From positions 1-40,727 of the forward strand of contig JAZSKM010000057.1 in assembly GCA_045534835.1 (NCBI GenBank): a DNA stretch of 40,727 nt. The letters run 5' to 3'. The translations under genes were made by a program, and so were the position numbers. Shown piece by piece: positions 9,865 through 19,969 of the stretch. Positions within the stretch are counted from its first letter, which is position 1. Every line of letters begins with the position of its first letter. Under the pieces are notes generated by a model. That model did not search any database. It saw only the letters and a program-made list of their open reading frames with translations, and was not told where the DNA came from. Origin of the DNA: Eubacteriales bacterium. GTDB lineage: Bacteria; Bacillota; Clostridia; Oscillospirales; CAG-272.

Positions 9865-11067
9865 ATGAAAAAGATTCTCGCACTCGTACTTGTTGCAGTT
9901 ATGGCACTTTCTACCTTTGCAGCTTGTGGCGAGACTACCCCTGCAAACACCGATGATGTAGCTACTACCACTGCTCCCGCAGGTCAGGAAGTAGTTGATG
10001 CAGGCACCCTTAAGATCGGCGGCATCGGCCCCACCACCGGCGTTGCGGCGATTTACGGTACCGCAGTTATGAAGGCTATGAACCTCGCTGTTGATGAAAT
10101 TAATGCAGCAGGCGGCGTTAACGGTATGATGCTTGAGGCTCTGTGGCAGGATGACGAGCACAATGCTGAAAAGGCAGTAAACGCTTATCAGACTCTTATG
10201 GATCAGGGTATGCAGATACTTGTTGGTACTGTTACCTCCGCTCCCTGTATCGCAGTTGTAGCTGAGGCTGAGCTTGACAATATCTTTATGCTCACTCCTT
10301 CCGGCTCTGCAGTAGATGCAATCGCAGCTCCCAACGCTTTCCGCGTATGCTTCTCTGACCCTAACCAGGGTATCGGTGCGGCAGACTATATCAAGAACAA
10401 CGACGTTGCTTCCAAGGTGGCAGTTATCTACAACGTATCCGACCCCTATTCAAACGGTATCTATGAGAAGTTTGCAGCTGAGGCTCAGGCAATCGGCCTT
10501 GAGATCGTAACTGCAGAGGCGTTCACCAACGACTCTGCTACCGACTTCAGCGTACAGATCCAGAAGGTTAAGGAGAGCGGCGCAGATCTTCTCTTCCTTC
10601 CTATCTACTATGAAGCAGCAGCTCTTATTCTCGATCAGGCAAACTCTGCAGGTCTTGATGTTAAGTTCTTCGGTTGTGACGGTCTTGACGGCGTTATCGA
10701 CCAGCTCGGCGACAAGGCAGACCTCGCTGAGGGTGTAATGCTTCTTACACACTTCGCAGCAGATGCTACCGATGACAAGACTGTATATATCTCCGCTGCA
10801 TACAAGGCTGCATACAACGATGAAACTCCCAATCAGTTCGCAGCAGACGCTTACGATGCAGTTTATATCATCAAGGCTGCTATCGAGGCTGCAGGCATCA
10901 CCTCTGCTGACATCGACTGCTCCGACCTTTGCGATGCAATCGTTGAGCAGATGGCTACTCTCGAGTTCGACGGTGTTACCGGTCTTATGACTTGGGATGA
11001 AAACGGCGAACCCACCAAGGAGCCTAAGGCAATGGTAATTAAGGACGGCGCTTACGCTGCAATGTAA
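9865..11067 (+). CDS. livJ: branched-chain amino acid ABC transporter substrate-binding lipoprotein (LivJ/LivK-like)
   Basis: It has a signal peptide plus lipobox (MKKILALVLVAVMALSTFAAC-G) and a type-I periplasmic binding fold pattern (KIGGIGPTTG..AIYG). It is the first gene of the LivHMGF operon. ATG 9865 has GGAGG 8 nt upstream. Confidence 0.88.
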   Translation: MKKILALVLVAVMALSTFAACGETTPANTDDVATTTAPAGQEVVDAGTLKIGGIGPTTGVAAIYGTAVMKAMNLAVDEINAAGGVNGMMLEALWQDDEHNAEKAVNAYQTLMDQGMQILVGTVTSAPCIAVVAEAELDNIFMLTPSGSAVDAIAAPNAFRVCFSDPNQGIGAADYIKNNDVASKVAVIYNVSDPYSNGIYEKFAAEAQAIGLEIVTAEAFTNDSATDFSVQIQKVKESGADLLFLPIYYEAAALILDQANSAGLDVKFFGCDGLDGVIDQLGDKADLAEGVMLLTHFAADATDDKTVYISAAYKAAYNDETPNQFAADAYDAVYIIKAAIEAAGITSADIDCSDLCDAIVEQMATLEFDGVTGLMTWDENGEPTKEPKAMVIKDGAYAAM

Positions 11068-11105
11068 TTTTACTATTGCAAATTCCTAAATAATATGGTA
11101 AAATG

Positions 11106-11138
11106 ATTAGGCTATTGTAAAATAGCCTAATTGTTTTT
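11106..11138 (+). terminator. intra-operon hairpin/partial terminator after the binding-protein gene
   Basis: An 11-bp stem (attaggctatt / aatagcctaat) is followed by tgttttt. This arrangement is typical for differential expression of a binding protein versus the membrane components. Confidence 0.6.
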
Positions 11139-11171
11139 AATTTTAGATATTCAATTTTAAGGAGCAGAAAA

Positions 11172-12053
11172 ATGAGCAGCTTTATTTCCTATTTAATAGG
11201 CGGAATCAGCCTTGGCAGTATTTACGCGCTCATCGCTCTGGGTTACACTATGGTTTACGGCATTGCCAAGATGCTTAACTTCGCTCACGGCGACGTTATT
11301 ATGATTGGCGGTTACGTATCCTGGCTCGTGCTTTCAAGTTTAGGTCTTCCCGTATGGCTTGCAATCATTGGCGCAATACTTGCGTGTGTTATCCTCGGCG
11401 TTGTAATTGAAAAGATAGCGTACAAGCCTTTGCGTACTGCTACGCCTCTTGCGGTACTTATCACGGCGATAGGTGTCAGCTATCTGCTCCAGAATGCGGC
11501 GCTTCTCATATTCGGCCCCGCATCCAAGACATATGACTCCGTGGTTCCCGACAATATCAGACTTACGGTTGGCGCAGTCGATATTACCGGCGAAACTATC
11601 GTGACTATTATAGTTACTGTGATCATAATGGTGTCCCTCACCCTCTTTGTTAACCATACCAAGAGCGGTAAGGCTATGCTTGCCGTATCCGAGGACAAGG
11701 GCGCGGCACAGCTTATGGGTATCAATGTAAATAAGACTATCTCGCTTACCTTTGCCATCGGTTCGGCTCTTGCCGCTGTTGCGGGTATCCTTATGTGTTC
11801 TACATATCCTCAGATAGGCCCCTACACCGGCGCAATGCCCGGTATTAAGGCATTTACTGCGGCGGTATTCGGCGGTATCGGTTCTATCCCCGGAGCAATG
11901 ATAGGCGGCGTAGTTCTCGGTATAATAGAAAATCTCAGCAAGGCATATATTTCTTCTCAGCTTTCGGATGCAATTGTATTTGCAGTGCTGATTATCGTTC
12001 TGCTCGTTAAGCCCACAGGTCTTCTCGGCAAGAAGATAAACGAGAAAGTGTGA
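11172..12053 (+). CDS. livH: branched-chain amino acid ABC transporter permease (LivH)
   Basis: 293 aa, polytopic. The N-terminal GSIYALIALGYTMVYGI block is typical of LivH. Confidence 0.9.
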   Translation: MSSFISYLIGGISLGSIYALIALGYTMVYGIAKMLNFAHGDVIMIGGYVSWLVLSSLGLPVWLAIIGAILACVILGVVIEKIAYKPLRTATPLAVLITAIGVSYLLQNAALLIFGPASKTYDSVVPDNIRLTVGAVDITGETIVTIIVTVIIMVSLTLFVNHTKSGKAMLAVSEDKGAAQLMGINVNKTISLTFAIGSALAAVAGILMCSTYPQIGPYTGAMPGIKAFTAAVFGGIGSIPGAMIGGVVLGIIENLSKAYISSQLSDAIVFAVLIIVLLVKPTGLLGKKINEKV

Positions 12054-12054
12054 G

Positions 12055-13152
12055 GTGAGTGGTATGAAAAAGATTACTTTATCAAAAAATGCGAAGGATC
12101 GTTACATAACCTACGGTTTTATCGTAATCGTTACGCTTGCCGTTCAGCTTTTTATCACCTACGGCGATGCAAGTCGTGCCTTTAAGGCATTGCTTGTTCC
12201 TACCTGTGTATATGTTCTTGCAGCTATTTCGCTTAACCTTGTTGTAGGTGTTTCGGGCGAGCTTAGCCTTGGACAGGCAGGATTTATGTGTATCGGCGCA
12301 TATGTCGGTGCTACCTTCTCGGTTATGACTGAGGAGATTATTGCAAACGGAGCTGTACGTTTTCCTATTGCACTTCTCCTCGGAGGCGTTGTTGCGGCTA
12401 TTTTCGGTTTCCTTATCGGCATTCCCGTTCTCAGACTGCGCGGCGACTATCTTGCTATAGTTACACTCGCATTCGGTGAGATAATCAAGAGCATTTTCGG
12501 CAACCTCTATCTTTCCACTGATAAAAACGGTCTGTTTATTGCTCTTGATGTCAAGGCAAAAAATGCTCACGTATTTGATGCGGCAACCAAGAGAGATTAT
12601 ATCAACGGTGCGCTCGGTATCAGCAAGATTCCGCGTACAAGCAACATTTCGCTTAACGAATGGGCGTTTGTGATTTGTATGGCTGTTATCCTTGTTGCGA
12701 TGATAGTTATGCTCAACTTTATCGATTCCAAGCAGGGACGTGCGGTTATGGCGGCACGCGACAACCGTATCGCGGCTGAGGCAATGGGTGTAAACGTTAC
12801 CCGTGCGAAAATGGTTGCGTTTGTTATGTCGGCATTTTTCGCAGGTGTTGCAGGCGTTCTCTATTCTCACAACTACAATTCGCTTGATACATCGAACTTT
12901 GACTACAATCAGTCGATACTTATTCTTGTATTCGTTGTACTCGGCGGTATGACTAAAATGCGTAATGTAATGATTTCCACAATCATTCTTTACGTTCTTC
13001 CCGAGGCGCTTCGTAGCCTCAACAAGTGGCGTATGCTTATTTACGCTATCGTTCTTATTGCAATGATGCTTATAAACAACAGCGTTGCTATCAAAAAGAT
13101 GCTCGAAAAGATAAAGTCCAAGACTGCAAAGAATGCAGGAGGTGAGGCGTAA
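12055..13152 (+). CDS. livM: branched-chain amino acid ABC transporter permease (LivM)
   Basis: 365 aa, polytopic, with LNLVVGVSGELSLGQAGFMCIGAY characteristic of LivM. The start could be GTG 12055 or ATG 12064. Confidence 0.9.
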   Translation: MSGMKKITLSKNAKDRYITYGFIVIVTLAVQLFITYGDASRAFKALLVPTCVYVLAAISLNLVVGVSGELSLGQAGFMCIGAYVGATFSVMTEEIIANGAVRFPIALLLGGVVAAIFGFLIGIPVLRLRGDYLAIVTLAFGEIIKSIFGNLYLSTDKNGLFIALDVKAKNAHVFDAATKRDYINGALGISKIPRTSNISLNEWAFVICMAVILVAMIVMLNFIDSKQGRAVMAARDNRIAAEAMGVNVTRAKMVAFVMSAFFAGVAGVLYSHNYNSLDTSNFDYNQSILILVFVVLGGMTKMRNVMISTIILYVLPEALRSLNKWRMLIYAIVLIAMMLINNSVAIKKMLEKIKSKTAKNAGGEA

Positions 13153-13916
13153 TGGCAATTCTTGAAACACGTGACCTCTCTATTCAGTTCGGCGGTCTTA
13201 AGGCGGTAAGCCATCTTGACCTCACTATCGAGAAGGGTGAGCTTTACGGACTTATCGGCCCTAACGGAGCAGGAAAGACTACCGTTTTCAATATGCTTAC
13301 GGGTGTGTACCAGCCGACAGGCGGTACTATCCATCTTGACGGTGTTCGACTTAACGGTAAAAAGCCTGTTGAGATAAACAAGCTTGGTATTGCACGTACC
13401 TTCCAGAACATCCGTTTGTTCGGCAAGATGAGCGTGCTTGACAATGTAAAGGTAGGCTTTGGCAACAGTATTAAGTGTTCACTCCTTGAGAGTATCTTCC
13501 ATATTGGAAGATACCGCAAGAACGAAAAGGAAATTACTGCTAAGGCTACCGAGCTGCTCAAGGTGTTCGACCTTGACGGTGAGAAGGATACGCTTGCTTC
13601 TAACCTTCCTTACGGTAAGCAGAGAAAGCTTGAAATTGCACGTGCGATGGCTACAAATCCAAAGCTCCTGCTTCTTGATGAGCCTGCTGCGGGTATGAAC
13701 CCAAATGAAACTGCGGAGCTTATGAACACTATCCGCTTTGTCCGTGACAATTTCGATATGACTGTTCTGCTTATAGAGCACGATATGAAGCTTGTTGGCG
13801 GTATCTGTGAAAAGGTAACCGTGCTTAACTTCGGTACCGAGCTTGCTAAGGGTGAAACATCCGAGGTCCTTCACGATCCCCGTGTTATTACCGCTTATAT
13901 AGGGGAGGACGAATAA
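13152..13916 (+). CDS. livG: branched-chain amino acid ABC transporter ATP-binding protein (LivG)
   Basis: Walker A GPNGAGKTT, signature-like LPYGKQRKLEIARA, Walker B LLLLDEPAAG, and a LivG-type C-terminal extension. Confidence 0.92.
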   Translation: MAILETRDLSIQFGGLKAVSHLDLTIEKGELYGLIGPNGAGKTTVFNMLTGVYQPTGGTIHLDGVRLNGKKPVEINKLGIARTFQNIRLFGKMSVLDNVKVGFGNSIKCSLLESIFHIGRYRKNEKEITAKATELLKVFDLDGEKDTLASNLPYGKQRKLEIARAMATNPKLLLLDEPAAGMNPNETAELMNTIRFVRDNFDMTVLLIEHDMKLVGGICEKVTVLNFGTELAKGETSEVLHDPRVITAYIGEDE

Positions 13917-13917
13917 G

Positions 13918-14622
13918 ATGTTAAAGGTAGATAATATTCAGGTTTACTACGGTATGATAAACGCTATCAAGGGCGTTTCGTTTGAAGTAAACGAGGGTGA
14001 GGTAATCGCGCTTATCGGCGCAAACGGTGCAGGTAAGACCACGATACTTCATACCATAACGGGACTTATTGCACCTAAGGTCGGTCACGTTTATTTTGAG
14101 GGAAAGGATCTTACAAAGACTCCTGCGCATAAAATAGTCTATCTTGGAATGGCTCACGTTCCCGAGGGACGCCGCGTTTTCCAACAGCTTACCGTTCTTG
14201 AAAATCTTAAGCTCGGTGCATTCTCTATCACAGATAAAGATCAGATAGAAAAAAATCTTAACTACGTTTATATGCACTTCCCGAGGCTCGCAGAGCGTAA
14301 AAATCAGGTTGCCGGCACCCTTTCGGGCGGCGAGCAGCAGATGCTTGCTATGGGACGCGCGCTTATGTCAAATCCCAAGATCATTCTTATGGACGAGCCG
14401 TCTATGGGACTTTCTCCACTGCTTGTAAATGAGATATTCAAGATTATTTCCGAGGTTTCAAAGGATGGCACTACCGTTCTCCTCGTTGAGCAGAATGCAA
14501 AGAAGGCGCTTTCTATTGCAGACCGTGCATACGTTCTTGAAACGGGCAACATCGTAATGGAGGGCAAGGCAAGCGAACTGCTTGACAATCCCCGTATCCG
14601 TGCGGCATATCTTGGAGAGTAA
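13918..14622 (+). CDS. livF: branched-chain amino acid ABC transporter ATP-binding protein (LivF)
   Basis: Walker A GANGAGKTT, signature LSGGEQQMLAMGRA, Walker B IILMDEPSMGL. Confidence 0.92.
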   Translation: MLKVDNIQVYYGMINAIKGVSFEVNEGEVIALIGANGAGKTTILHTITGLIAPKVGHVYFEGKDLTKTPAHKIVYLGMAHVPEGRRVFQQLTVLENLKLGAFSITDKDQIEKNLNYVYMHFPRLAERKNQVAGTLSGGEQQMLAMGRALMSNPKIILMDEPSMGLSPLLVNEIFKIISEVSKDGTTVLLVEQNAKKALSIADRAYVLETGNIVMEGKASELLDNPRIRAAYLGE

Positions 14623-14630
14623 TTATACAA

Positions 14631-14660
14631 AAAGGCGCTTGTTTCAAGCGCCTTTAGTTT
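14631..14660 (+). terminator. rho-independent terminator after livF
   Basis: Stem aaaggcgcttg / caagcgccttt with a ttt loop, followed by a T-rich tail. Confidence 0.75.
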
Positions 14661-14670
14661 TAGAATTGTT

Positions 14671-15366
14671 ATGAAAAACGAAATTAAAATAGCATTAAAG
14701 GATACGCTTCCCGTGCTTTCGGGGTATATTGTCCTCGGCATGGGCTTTGGCGTGCTTATGCAGACAAACGGCTACGGCTTTTGGTGGGTTTTTGCCATGA
14801 GCGCGCTTATATACGCAGGCTCAATGCAGTATCTCGCTATTGACCTGCTGCTTGGCGGAGCCTCGCTCATATCTGCGGCGCTGACCACACTTATGGTGAA
14901 CGGCCGCCATTTGTTTTACGGTATTTCAATGGTGGATAAATACAAGGGTACGGGTAGCAAAAAGCCGTATCTTATATTTGCGCTCACCGATGAAACCTAT
15001 TCGCTTGTGTGCAGCGGTCACGAGGACAAAAGCGAGAGTGAAAGACATCGCTATTACTTCCTTGTGTCGCTGTTTAACCAGATTTATTGGGTGACGGGGA
15101 GTGTTGTCGGTGCCTTGCTCGGAGAGGTAATTCCGTTTTCCACCGAGGGCATTGATTTTGCGCTGACCGCGCTTTTTGTCACGGTGTTTGTAGAGCAGTG
15201 GAAGAGTACGCGCGACCATATTCCTGCGATTGTAGGTGTGGCCGCATCGGTCCTTTGCCTTGCTGTTTTCGGCGCAGACGATTTTCTTATCCCCGCAATG
15301 CTACTTATAACCCTGCTGTTGTCTTTGCCAAGACTTCTTAAAAAGGAGGAAAGCAAAGATGAGTGA
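14671..15366 (+). CDS. azlC: AzlC-family branched-chain amino acid exporter subunit
   Basis: 231 aa, polytopic, with an AzlC-like N-terminal region (ALKDTLPVLSGYIVLGMGFGVL...YAGSMQY). It overlaps the downstream azlD by 8 nt. Confidence 0.85.
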   Translation: MKNEIKIALKDTLPVLSGYIVLGMGFGVLMQTNGYGFWWVFAMSALIYAGSMQYLAIDLLLGGASLISAALTTLMVNGRHLFYGISMVDKYKGTGSKKPYLIFALTDETYSLVCSGHEDKSESERHRYYFLVSLFNQIYWVTGSVVGALLGEVIPFSTEGIDFALTALFVTVFVEQWKSTRDHIPAIVGVAASVLCLAVFGADDFLIPAMLLITLLLSLPRLLKKEESKDE

Positions 15367-15685
15367 AAATTTACATTCTGCATTACTTGTGGCGGTAGTA
15401 AGCATCGTTACGGTGCTGCTCCGCTTTGCACCGTTCTTGATTTTCGGCAAAAGAGAAACGCCGAGGTTCATTTTGTACCTTGGCAGGGTGCTGCCGTTCT
15501 CGGTAATGGGTATGCTTGTGATTTATTGCCTCAGAGGTATTTCCTTTGCAGCGGCACCATTCGGTATTCCCGAGCTTTTGTGCGTGGCTGTCGTTGTGCT
15601 TTTGCATTTGTGGCGGAGAAACACTCTGCTTTCCATAATCGGTGGCACTGTTTGCTATATGCTGCTGGTACAGCTTGTGTTTTGA
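15359..15685 (+). CDS. azlD: AzlD-family branched-chain amino acid exporter small subunit
   Basis: 108 aa with 3-4 TM helices. It is translationally coupled to azlC. Confidence 0.8.
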   Translation: MSENLHSALLVAVVSIVTVLLRFAPFLIFGKRETPRFILYLGRVLPFSVMGMLVIYCLRGISFAAAPFGIPELLCVAVVVLLHLWRRNTLLSIIGGTVCYMLLVQLVF

Positions 15686-15699
15686 AAAGGATTTCTTGT

Positions 15700-15750
15700 T
15701 ACCACCCCGATATATGAAAACATTTTCATATATCGGGGTGGTATACTTTT
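15700..15750. terminator. long perfect inverted repeat / terminator after azlD
   Basis: The 21-nt arms taccaccccgatatatgaaaa / ttttcatatatcggggtggta are almost contiguous and are followed by a T-rich tail. Confidence 0.75.
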
Positions 15751-15777
15751 CTTAGAAAAACTTTCAAGGAGAAAATT

Positions 15778-16788
15778 ATGAAAGCTGTTATTTTGAACGG
15801 AAAAGAAAACGTAAGTCTTGGCGAGTTTACCACACCCGAGCTTTTGCCAGGTGCAGTAAGAGTTAAGGTTGCATACTGCGGCATTTGCGGCAGTGATATT
15901 CATAAATATGAGGGCAAGCAGAACACCCGCTCGATAAAGTATCCCGTTCCTCTCGGCCACGAAATTTCGGGTATCGTTGATGCAGTTGCCGATGACGTTA
16001 CCGAGTTTAAGGTAGGCGACCGTGTTACCGTTGATCCGAACTGGAGCTGCGGAAAGTGTAAATATTGCAAGGAGGGCAAGACCTCTTTCTGTGAAAACAG
16101 TCGCGGTGTAGTTAAGGGTATGGCTGAGTATGTCGTTTCTCCCTATGAAAACGTATACCATCTTCCAAAAGGACTCGACCTGCGAACGGCTGCACTTGCA
16201 GAGCCGCTTGCCTGCTGCCTGCACGGCATTGATTTGCTTGGTATTCGTCAGGGCGAGAGCGTTGCGCTTGTCGGCTACGGTGCAATAGGCGAAATTATGC
16301 TTGCACTTATTAAGAGTGCCGGCGCTGGTGAAATCGTTGTTGTCGAGCCTAATGAGAGTAAGCGTGAGCGCGCGCTTGCAAACGGCGCAACCCGCTTTGT
16401 TTCTCCACTTAACGAGGAAGAAGTGAATAAAATATGTGTTGACAGAGTTATGGAGTGCGTTGGCAACCGTGCGGCACAGAAGACTGCGCTTAAGGTTGCA
16501 GGTAAGGGTGCAACTGTTGTATTCTTCGGCGTAAGCGATGCTGCGGAAACGCTCGACATTTCTGTATACGATGCTTTTATCAAGGAGCTTACAATCAGAA
16601 CCTCTTTCGTAAATCCCCATACAACCGCGCGTGCAGTAGGTCTGCTTGCTTCGGGTGCGCTGAAGGGAGAAAACCTTATCTATAAGGATATTTCTATGGA
16701 AGAGGCTATTGGGGAAATAAGAAAGCCCACACATATCAAAAACGGAAAAGTTCTCGTAAGAATAAACGAAGATATTATAGAAAAATAA
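15778..16788 (+). CDS. zinc-dependent medium-chain dehydrogenase (sorbitol/threonine dehydrogenase-like)
   Basis: Catalytic Zn motifs CGICGSD and GHEISG, a structural Zn cluster CGKCKYCKEGKTSFC, and the Rossmann motif VALVGYGAIG. Confidence 0.85.
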   Translation: MKAVILNGKENVSLGEFTTPELLPGAVRVKVAYCGICGSDIHKYEGKQNTRSIKYPVPLGHEISGIVDAVADDVTEFKVGDRVTVDPNWSCGKCKYCKEGKTSFCENSRGVVKGMAEYVVSPYENVYHLPKGLDLRTAALAEPLACCLHGIDLLGIRQGESVALVGYGAIGEIMLALIKSAGAGEIVVVEPNESKRERALANGATRFVSPLNEEEVNKICVDRVMECVGNRAAQKTALKVAGKGATVVFFGVSDAAETLDISVYDAFIKELTIRTSFVNPHTTARAVGLLASGALKGENLIYKDISMEEAIGEIRKPTHIKNGKVLVRINEDIIEK

Positions 16789-16828
16789 AATTATTTGTGC
16801 TATAATCGTTTTTAGGGGGTGACTTACA

Positions 16829-17569
16829 GTGGAACTTAAATGTTTACCCGAAAAACGGTTGTCTGAGGCGGAAAAGTCGGTTATTGACTACATACGCAAG
16901 CAACAGTGTATTATAAATCTGCTTTCCATTTCGGATATCGCGGATGGCGCATTCGTTTCAAATGCCACTGTTTCGCGCGCGATACGCAAATGCGGATTTG
17001 CTTCGCTGTCCGAAATGAAGTTCCGACTTGCTGAGGATGCAAATGACAATAAGCAAGCGTATGAGATGAATCGCATACTTTCAAAGTCTTATACCGAGTG
17101 CCTTGAAACGATTAAAAGCATAGATATTTCATCCGTTGTCGAGCTTGTGCAGATGCTCCGTGCGGCGAGGACTGTATACCTTGTAGCAAACGGGCTTACC
17201 GCACTTGTTGCAAACGAGTTTGCCGTGCAGCTACAGTGCCAGAAGATAAATGTGTGCCTTATTTCCGACTCGGAAATGATGCGAAAACTTGATCTGCTTT
17301 GCGATGAGGGCGACCTTGTGCTTATTCTGTCGGTTAAAAATTCTACTCCCGAGCTTTGCATTGCGGCAAAGCAGGGTAAAAAGAACGGTGCGAGAGTTGT
17401 AAGCTGTTGTTGTACGCAGGGAACTGCTCTTGATGAGGTATCTGACCTCGTTATATACGGCAACTCACAGAGTATCCATTCTAACCGCATTTTCGGCGGC
17501 ACGTCAAGGCTCGGACTTATGATAATCACAAGAACAATAGTCGAATATATGGCGACGGATATTGAATAA
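16829..17569 (+). CDS. MurR/RpiR-family transcriptional regulator (HTH + SIS domain)
   Basis: N-terminal HTH_6-like segment (ISDIADGAFVSNATVSRAIRKCGF) and a C-terminal SIS-like fold (TVYLVANGLTA...LVLILSVKNSTPE). The GTG start has AGGGGG 9 nt upstream. Confidence 0.8.
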   Translation: MELKCLPEKRLSEAEKSVIDYIRKQQCIINLLSISDIADGAFVSNATVSRAIRKCGFASLSEMKFRLAEDANDNKQAYEMNRILSKSYTECLETIKSIDISSVVELVQMLRAARTVYLVANGLTALVANEFAVQLQCQKINVCLISDSEMMRKLDLLCDEGDLVLILSVKNSTPELCIAAKQGKKNGARVVSCCCTQGTALDEVSDLVIYGNSQSIHSNRIFGGTSRLGLMIITRTIVEYMATDIE

Positions 17570-17575
17570 AAATAT

Positions 17576-17609
17576 TACGGGGGAACTTTTTATAAAAAGT
17601 TCCCCCGTA
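17576..17609. terminator. hairpin downstream of the RpiR-family gene
   Basis: 16-bp stem tacgggggaacttttt / aaaaagttcccccgta. There is no clean T-run on the + strand, so termination efficiency is uncertain. Confidence 0.5.
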
Positions 17610-17677
17610 CCCCTTCAAAAATTTTTGAGAAGTATATTGGTGTTCATTTTTTCTTTTATAAGAGTTTTTGAAAAGGG

Positions 17678-17722
17678 TGCAGGGAAAAACTTTTTGCAAA
17701 AAGTTTTTCCCTGCATTTTCTT
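17678..17722. terminator. bidirectional terminator between the RpiR-family gene and ung
   Basis: 18-bp stem tgcagggaaaaacttttt / aaaaagtttttccctgca flanked by T-runs on both strands. It lies between convergent genes. Confidence 0.8.
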
Positions 17723-17723
17723 T

Positions 17724-18386
17724 TTATTCTAATCTCCAATCAATAGGCTCGGCTAAAAGTTCATTCGTTTTTGAAAAGTGGCGGCAGCCGAAAAAGCCGT
17801 TATACGCCGAGAGGGGCGATGGGTGCGCCGCGGTGAGAATATGGTGCCTTGGATTTGTAATAAGCGCGCGCTTCGCTTTTGCAAAGCCGCCCCAGAGGAT
17901 AAACACGATAGGCTCTTCGCGCTTGTTCAGCAGTTCGATTATGCGGTCGGTAAAAATCTCCCAGCCGATACCTCTGTGGCTTGCCGCGGCACCTCCGCGT
18001 ACTGTAAGAACGGTGTTGAGCAGCAGCACTCCGTTTTTTGCCCAAGGGGTAAGGTCGCCCGTTTTTGGCATAGGGTAGCCAAGGTCGGCTGTGTATTCCT
18101 TGAAAATATTAACAAGCGATGGCGGCGCCATAACGCCCTTTTGCACCGAGAAGCAAAGCCCGTGTGCCTGTGACGGTCCGTGGTATGGGTCCTGACCGAG
18201 TATTACCGCCTTTACTGCGTGATAGTCGGTTATCTTCAGCGCATTGAAGATATCGTGCATATCGGGATATATGGGGTATGCGGGATTTGCATATTCCGTC
18301 TTCAGAAACGCCCGTATTTTTTTATAATAGTCCTTTTCGAACTCGTCTTTCAAAAGTTCGTCCCAACTGTTACCGAGAGATACCAT
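17724..18386 (-). CDS. ung: uracil-DNA glycosylase (family 1)
   Basis: Motifs [10 protein letters not shown] (water-activating loop), LLLNTVLTV and AAHPSPLSA (Leu-intercalation loop). I chose the ATG at 18386 ([12 protein letters not shown]...), giving a typical 220-aa Ung. The track start at 18437 adds 17 atypical residues. Confidence 0.9.
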   Translation of the reverse strand: MVSLGNSWDELLKDEFEKDYYKKIRAFLKTEYANPAYPIYPDMHDIFNALKITDYHAVKAVILGQDPYHGPSQAHGLCFSVQKGVMAPPSLVNIFKEYTADLGYPMPKTGDLTPWAKNGVLLLNTVLTVRGGAAASHRGIGWEIFTDRIIELLNKREEPIVFILWGGFAKAKRALITNPRHHILTAAHPSPLSAYNGFFGCRHFSKTNELLAEPIDWRLE

Positions 18387-18439
18387 TTTGCTTTTCACCT
18401 CATAAAGAGTATAGCATATTTCACTTTCAAAAGACAATA

Positions 18440-19957
18440 TTATTCTGAATAATATTCCTGCAGTTTTTGATTTGCAATATGGCGTGCGAGCGACATTTCG
18501 CGGAGCTCGGTATTGCCGATGCTGTGGTAATAGCGCTTGTGTATATTCTCAAGCTGTTCTTTTGCTCTTGAGGAAACAAAGGCGTTTTCGTCGCCTGCAA
18601 GCGTTATGAGCGCCTCCGTACCGTATGCACCGCAGCTGTATGCAAAGTAGTTTGTGTCAAGCTCGAATTCATCGTGCATTCCGCTTTCGTACGCATAAAG
18701 GTTATATTTCGCAATTATGTTATACGGCTCTATGGCGGCGGTGAGTGACATTATTATGCAGGCGGCGGCAAGCACGGTTTGCATTGCAAAAAAGTTCGTT
18801 GCAAATGCCTTTATCACCGTACAGCCGAATGCGAAAAACAGCAGCAGCATAAATATTGATGTGCCAAGCCGCAGGAAGGTGAGCCCGTACGTGCGGATGT
18901 ACATAAACATTTTTGAAATCGCGGTCGCTATAAGGAAGATTGAGAAAATGCTGATAAAGGTGTTTAGTATACGCGTAATGCGCGGAAGCTTTTCTTCGAC
19001 TCTTTTAACGAAAAATTCACCAAGAAAGATAATTCCGAGGTTGATTATGCAGATAAGGCACATTTCAAAAAAGCCGCGGCGCGCGTATGCCGAGTAGGTA
19101 TAGTCCTTTGGCAAAAGTCCCATAAAGCCGCCGCCGAGATAGGATAGCTGTGTTACAAGGAACAAAAGATAAAGGAGCGAAACCGCGCTAAGAAAGGTGT
19201 TGACAAAAATGCTGTCAAGCGCGGAGAGATAAGGCTTTTTTTCTGTCCCCGCCTGCTTTACCTCTTTTTTTGCTATCGCGAAAAGCATAGGGAAGATGCA
19301 TACGAGCAAGATAGCGCCGACAAAAAGCGTGGCGAGCAGTTCGCCTGCATCAAAATTTATTTTGTCAATAAAGCCTTCAAATGCGCTGTCCGCGTATATA
19401 AGAAGCACCGCGATAACAAGCAAAAGGGGCATAGTGATAAGCAGTGAAAGCAGTATTTTCGCAATCTTTTTGCCTGTGGGGGCGTTTTTGCTTGCAAGTG
19501 CGCGCGCGGTCATCGAAGCTGCGCCGATGTTTATCCCGAATAAAAGATAAAAGGGTGAAAGTAATGCGCGAAAGTCGGAAAGATTTGGAGTTTTTATACC
19601 GTAAGAAGAAACAATAAACAATGATATTGACAGTATAAGGAAGATGAATTTGAAAAACGCGAAAGAAGTGTTTTCGTGTATTGCAAAGCTCAGGATAATT
19701 ATAAACGAGGTAACAAGACTTATAATGCCGAGTGGGCTTTTGCACACGGGCTTTCCGAGATAAAGCATAGCCGTGACAAGCAGGGCGAGAGTGCCTAATG
19801 AAAATATGAGCTGATATGCGCCCCCGAAAACGCCGTTTGCGGTGAGGAGCGAAAAGAGCAGTGCAAGCATAAAATACACATAGTCGCGCCGCGTTGTATT
19901 CGGCAGAGGGGATGGCAGTGGCTTTGAAGCGGTGGTTTGCTGAACGTTATTTTCCAT
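18440..19957 (-). CDS. large polytopic membrane protein, DUF4153/DUF4173-like, function unknown
   Basis: 505 aa with at least 10 predicted hydrophobic helices and a soluble C-terminal tail. It lies directly downstream of the small HTH gene in the same orientation. The family name is from recollection only. Confidence 0.55.
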   Translation of the reverse strand: MENNVQQTTASKPLPSPLPNTTRRDYVYFMLALLFSLLTANGVFGGAYQLIFSLGTLALLVTAMLYLGKPVCKSPLGIISLVTSFIIILSFAIHENTSFAFFKFIFLILSISLFIVSSYGIKTPNLSDFRALLSPFYLLFGINIGAASMTARALASKNAPTGKKIAKILLSLLITMPLLLVIAVLLIYADSAFEGFIDKINFDAGELLATLFVGAILLVCIFPMLFAIAKKEVKQAGTEKKPYLSALDSIFVNTFLSAVSLLYLLFLVTQLSYLGGGFMGLLPKDYTYSAYARRGFFEMCLICIINLGIIFLGEFFVKRVEEKLPRITRILNTFISIFSIFLIATAISKMFMYIRTYGLTFLRLGTSIFMLLLFFAFGCTVIKAFATNFFAMQTVLAAACIIMSLTAAIEPYNIIAKYNLYAYESGMHDEFELDTNYFAYSCGAYGTEALITLAGDENAFVSSRAKEQLENIHKRYYHSIGNTELREMSLARHIANQKLQEYYSE

Positions 19958-19969
19958 AGTTTGCCTCCG

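Noticed and set aside
12082-13170. A 362-aa minus-strand ORF exactly antisense to livM. Similar long antisense ORFs occur at 918-1613 (miaA), 8914-9672 (ktrA), 15655-16734 (dehydrogenase), 33476-34195 and 34134-34757 (phage genes).
   Set aside because: Each lies entirely opposite a gene with strong family motifs. Their translations are Cys/Asn/His/Arg-rich with no recognisable domains and no SD sequences. The genome avoids TTA, CTA and TCA codons (Leu is mostly CTT/CTC/CTG), which removes stop codons from the antisense frame. That is enough to explain the long open frames.
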